Shown: positions 61,063 to 64,000 of the stretch, one piece after another
Layout: each line of letters opens with the position of its first letter
Position numbering within the stretch: position 1 is the stretch's first letter
Assembly: GCA_965277715.1 (NCBI GenBank)
Contig: OZ255836.1
Span: 3,904,001-3,968,000 of the forward strand
DNA from: Gammaproteobacteria bacterium
GTDB lineage: Bacteria > Pseudomonadota > Gammaproteobacteria > JBCCGL01
DNA length: 64,000 nucleotides
Reading direction: 5' to 3'
Notes under the pieces: model-generated
Seen by the model: only the letters and a program-made list of their open reading frames with translations
Databases searched by the model: none
What the model was told of the DNA's origin: nothing
Made by a program: the position numbers and the translations under genes

Positions 61063-62037
61063 TTATTCAGAGTCGGGATCAATACCCGCCTTTTTCAACA
61101 AAGCGTATAGCCGCTGTTTTTCTTGAAGTGCGGCTTCTTTCTGCCTACGCTCTTCCTGCTCCTTTTTCAATGCGGCTTCTTTCTGCCTACGCTCTTCCTG
61201 CTCCTTTTTCAATGCGGCTTCTTTTTGCCTACGCTCTTCCTGCTCCTTTTTCAATGCGGCTTCTTTTTGCCTACGCTCTTCCTGCTCCTTTTTCAATGCG
61301 GCTTCTTTTTGCCTGCGTTCGTCGTTCATCGCCTTAACCGCCTCGCTTAGTGAACGCTGCCGGGACTTTTCCTCCCGAAGAATGTTCTGACGGGCCTGGT
61401 AAAGGTGGTAATCCTGCTCTTTCTCTGAAAATCGTTTCAATATGGCCATCGCCTGCCTCATTTCTTCGGTATCAAGTTCTGTGGGAAGTACTTCCCACTT
61501 GTCTGCATCCTTAAAAAAATACATCCATTGGTCTTTCGCTTCAAGGTTATGGTGCCGTCGCCACTTTTCCAGTTCCAGTACATGGATAGCGCAGTGGGGC
61601 GAAAGCACACGCTGCTGTTCAAGATCCGCCATTTGAAAGCGGTGGTGATAACAGTCACTGTCCTTGAATAGGTTTTCACCCAATAGCCAGATGGATATCG
61701 AGGGTTGCAGCTTGTGATAGTCCTGCCCACTCTGGATCTGCGCACCGTAAATATCACTCCAACAATACAGCATTCGCTCCGGTAGATAGGGGAATACATT
61801 TAATTGTAGCTCCACCTGATAGGTGTTATTGGCCGCATCACGGGCTTTTATATCGACTATGGTGAGTTTGTCTGACAGGTATTCTTTTTCATTGTAAGGG
61901 TTGAGGATTTCAACGTCTGTGATGGGACTCTCAGGGGTGAGTACGCCATTGAGAAAGTGAATCAGCAGTGGGGTATTTTCCGGTGCGCCCAGGATGGCTT
62001 TAAAGACACAATCAATTTTTGGATCAATGAGGGGCAT
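61063..62037 (-). CDS. Rpn-family nuclease, copy B (324 aa)
   Basis: Same as copy A plus three extra 14-aa repeats. Confidence 0.9.
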   Translation of the reverse strand: MPLIDPKIDCVFKAILGAPENTPLLIHFLNGVLTPESPITDVEILNPYNEKEYLSDKLTIVDIKARDAANNTYQVELQLNVFPYLPERMLYCWSDIYGAQIQSGQDYHKLQPSISIWLLGENLFKDSDCYHHRFQMADLEQQRVLSPHCAIHVLELEKWRRHHNLEAKDQWMYFFKDADKWEVLPTELDTEEMRQAMAILKRFSEKEQDYHLYQARQNILREEKSRQRSLSEAVKAMNDERRQKEAALKKEQEERRQKEAALKKEQEERRQKEAALKKEQEERRQKEAALKKEQEERRQKEAALQEKQRLYALLKKAGIDPDSE

Positions 62038-62075
62038 GGTGTGTTTGTTGGCGGCGCTATAGTCGGTTTAATGAC

Positions 62076-63029
62076 TTATTCAGAGTCGGGATCAATACCC
62101 GCCTTTTTCAACAAAGCGTATAGCCGCTGTTTTTCTTGAAGTGCGGCTTCTTTCTGCCTACGCTCTTCTTGCTCCTTTTTCAATGCGGCTTCTTTCTGCC
62201 TACGCTCTTCCTGCTCCTTTTTCAATGCGGCTTCTTTCTGTCTACGCTCTTCCTGCTCCTTTTTCAATGCGGCTTCTTTTTGCCTGCGCTCTGATTCTTT
62301 CTGTCTGCGTTCGTCGTTCATCGCCTTAACCGCCTCGCTTAGTGAACGCTGCCGGGACTTTTCCTCCCGAAGAATATTCTGTCGGGCCTGGTAAAGGTGG
62401 TAATCCTGCTCTTTCTCTGAAAATCGTTTCAATATGGCCATCGCCTGCCTCATCTCTTCGGTATCAAGTTCTGTGGGAAGGGCTTCCCACTTGTCTGCAT
62501 CTCTGAAAAAATACATCCATTGGTCTTTTGCTTCAAGGTTGTGGTGCCGTCGCCACTTTTCCAGTTCCAGTACATGGATAGCGCAGTGGGGTGAAAGCAC
62601 ACGCTGCTGTTCAAGATCCGCCATTTGAAAGTGGTGGTGATAGCAGTCACTGTCATTGAATAAATTTTCACCCAATAGCCAGATGGATATCGAGGGTTGC
62701 AGTTTGTGATAGTCCTGCCCACTTTGAATCTGCGCACCGTAAATATCACTCCAACAATACAGCATCCGCTCCGGTAGATAGGGGAATATATTTAATTGCA
62801 GCTCTACCTGATAGGTGTTATTGGTCGCATCACGGGCTTTTATATCGACTATGGTGAGTTTGTCTGAAAGGTATTCCTTTTCGTTGTAAGGGTTGAGAAT
62901 TTCAACGTCTGTGATGGGATTCTCAGGAGTGAGTACGCCATTGAGAAAGTGAATCAGCAACGGGATATTTTCCGGTGCGCCCAGGATGGCTTTAAAGACA
63001 CAATCAATTTTTGGATCAATGAGGGGCAT
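62076..63029 (-). CDS. Rpn-family nuclease, copy C (317 aa)
   Basis: Same as copy A plus two 14-aa repeats and one 7-aa half repeat. Confidence 0.9.
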   Translation of the reverse strand: MPLIDPKIDCVFKAILGAPENIPLLIHFLNGVLTPENPITDVEILNPYNEKEYLSDKLTIVDIKARDATNNTYQVELQLNIFPYLPERMLYCWSDIYGAQIQSGQDYHKLQPSISIWLLGENLFNDSDCYHHHFQMADLEQQRVLSPHCAIHVLELEKWRRHHNLEAKDQWMYFFRDADKWEALPTELDTEEMRQAMAILKRFSEKEQDYHLYQARQNILREEKSRQRSLSEAVKAMNDERRQKESERRQKEAALKKEQEERRQKEAALKKEQEERRQKEAALKKEQEERRQKEAALQEKQRLYALLKKAGIDPDSE

Positions 63030-63067
63030 GGTGTGTTTGTTGGCGGCGCTATAGTCGGTTTAATGAC

Positions 63068-64000
63068 TTATTCAGAGTCGGGATCAATACCCGCCTTTTT
63101 CAACAAAGCGTATAGCCGCTCTTTTTCTTGAAGTGCGGTTTCTTTTTGCCTGTGCGCCTCCTGTTCGTTTTTTAGCGCGGCTTCTTTTTGCCTACGCTCT
63201 TCCTGCTCCTTTTTCAATGCGGCTTCTTTCTGCCTACGCTCTTCCTGCTCCTTTTTCAATGCGGCTTCTTTTTGCCTGTGCGCTTCCTGCTCCTTTTTCA
63301 ATGCGGCTTCTTTTTGCCTGTGCGCTTCCTGCTCCTTTTTCAATGCGGCTTCTTTTTGCCTGCGTTCGTCGTTCATCGCCTTAACCGCCTCGCTTAGTGA
63401 ACGCTGCCGGGACTTTTCCTCCCGAAGAATGTTCTGACGGGCCTGGTAAAGGTGGTAATCCTGCTCTTTCTCTGAAAATCGTTTCAATATGGCCATCGCC
63501 TGCCTCATTTCTTCGGTATCAAGGTCTGCGGGAAGCGCTTCCCACTTGTCTGCATCTCTGAAAAAATACATCCATTGGTCTTTCGCTTCAAGGTTATGGT
63601 GCCGTCGCCACTTTTCCAGTTCCAGTACATGGATAGCGCAGTGGGGTGAAAGCACACGCTGCTGTTCAAGGTCTGCCATTTGAAAGTGATGGTGATAACA
63701 GTCACTGTCCCTGAATAGATTTTCACCCAATAGCCAGATGGATATCGAGGGTTGCAGCTTGTGATAGTCCTGCCCACTCTGGATCTGCGCACCGTAAATA
63801 TCACTCCAACAATACAGCATTCGCTCCGGTAGATAGGGGAATATATTTAATTGTAGCTCCACTTGGTAGGTGTTATTGGCCGCATCACGGGCTTTTATAT
63901 CGACTATGGTGAGTTTGTCTGAAAGGTATTCCTTTTCGTTGTAGGGGTTGAGAATTTCAACGTCTGTGATTGGACTCTCAGGGGTGAGTACACCGTTGAG
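63068..64000 (-). CDS. Rpn-family nuclease, copy D; start beyond the window
   Basis: Frame open to the window edge; four more 14-aa repeats than copy A. Confidence 0.88.
   Translation of the reverse strand, partial: LNGVLTPESPITDVEILNPYNEKEYLSDKLTIVDIKARDAANNTYQVELQLNIFPYLPERMLYCWSDIYGAQIQSGQDYHKLQPSISIWLLGENLFRDSDCYHHHFQMADLEQQRVLSPHCAIHVLELEKWRRHHNLEAKDQWMYFFRDADKWEALPADLDTEEMRQAMAILKRFSEKEQDYHLYQARQNILREEKSRQRSLSEAVKAMNDERRQKEAALKKEQEAHRQKEAALKKEQEAHRQKEAALKKEQEERRQKEAALKKEQEERRQKEAALKNEQEAHRQKETALQEKERLYALLKKAGIDPDSE

Larger units (their letters stand above)
60162..64000 (-). repeat. Head-to-tail tandem gene array, at least 4 units of about 0.9-1.05 kb
   Basis: Identical 38-bp spacers at 61025-61062, 62038-62075 and 63030-63067. 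Confidence 0.95.

Noticed and set aside
61110-63370. 42-bp repeats as a CRISPR array
   Set aside because: Contiguous in-frame coding repeats with no unique spacers and no cas genes

Overview
Chromosomal window from a probably marine gammaproteobacterium (taxonomy is inference). (1) 1-9233: distal part of an AT-rich integron cassette array with 12 complete or partial attC sites on the + strand and no intI in the window. It is eroded by a RAYT-like Y1 (HUH) transposase element with GGACAGGCA ends, an ISL3 remnant and internal deletions. One cassette (5654-6304) encodes what looks like a bacterial GFP-fold protein that keeps the Gly67/Arg96/Glu222 equivalents but has Ile-Val-Gly at the chromophore position. 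(2) 9234-11723: an IS66 with a nonsense mutation in tnpC and no target duplication, fusing the array to a 5'-truncated KAP NTPase and a 1055-aa NACHT protein containing a 36x hexamer microsatellite. (3) 16-28 kb: amino-acid ABC transporter, Rieske oxygenase, aminotransferase, esterase, MFS, TauD, LD-carboxypeptidase, SDR and gene relics. (4) 28-40.5 kb: core genes lptD-surA-pdxA-rsmA-apaG-apaH, ung, arsC-wrbA, LysM lipoprotein, GspE ATPase. (5) 40.5-60 kb: methylated-amine and aromatic catabolism (MttB-family methyltransferase, FAD oxidases, TTT transporter, P450, glutamine-synthetase-like, PcaG/H-like). (6) 60176 to the end: at least four head-to-tail Rpn (PD-(D/E)XK) nuclease paralogues that differ mainly in the copy number of a 42-bp coiled-coil repeat; each has an SD plus ATG just before the repeat, suggesting nested antitoxins. 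All family calls come from motif recognition by eye; no database search was run.
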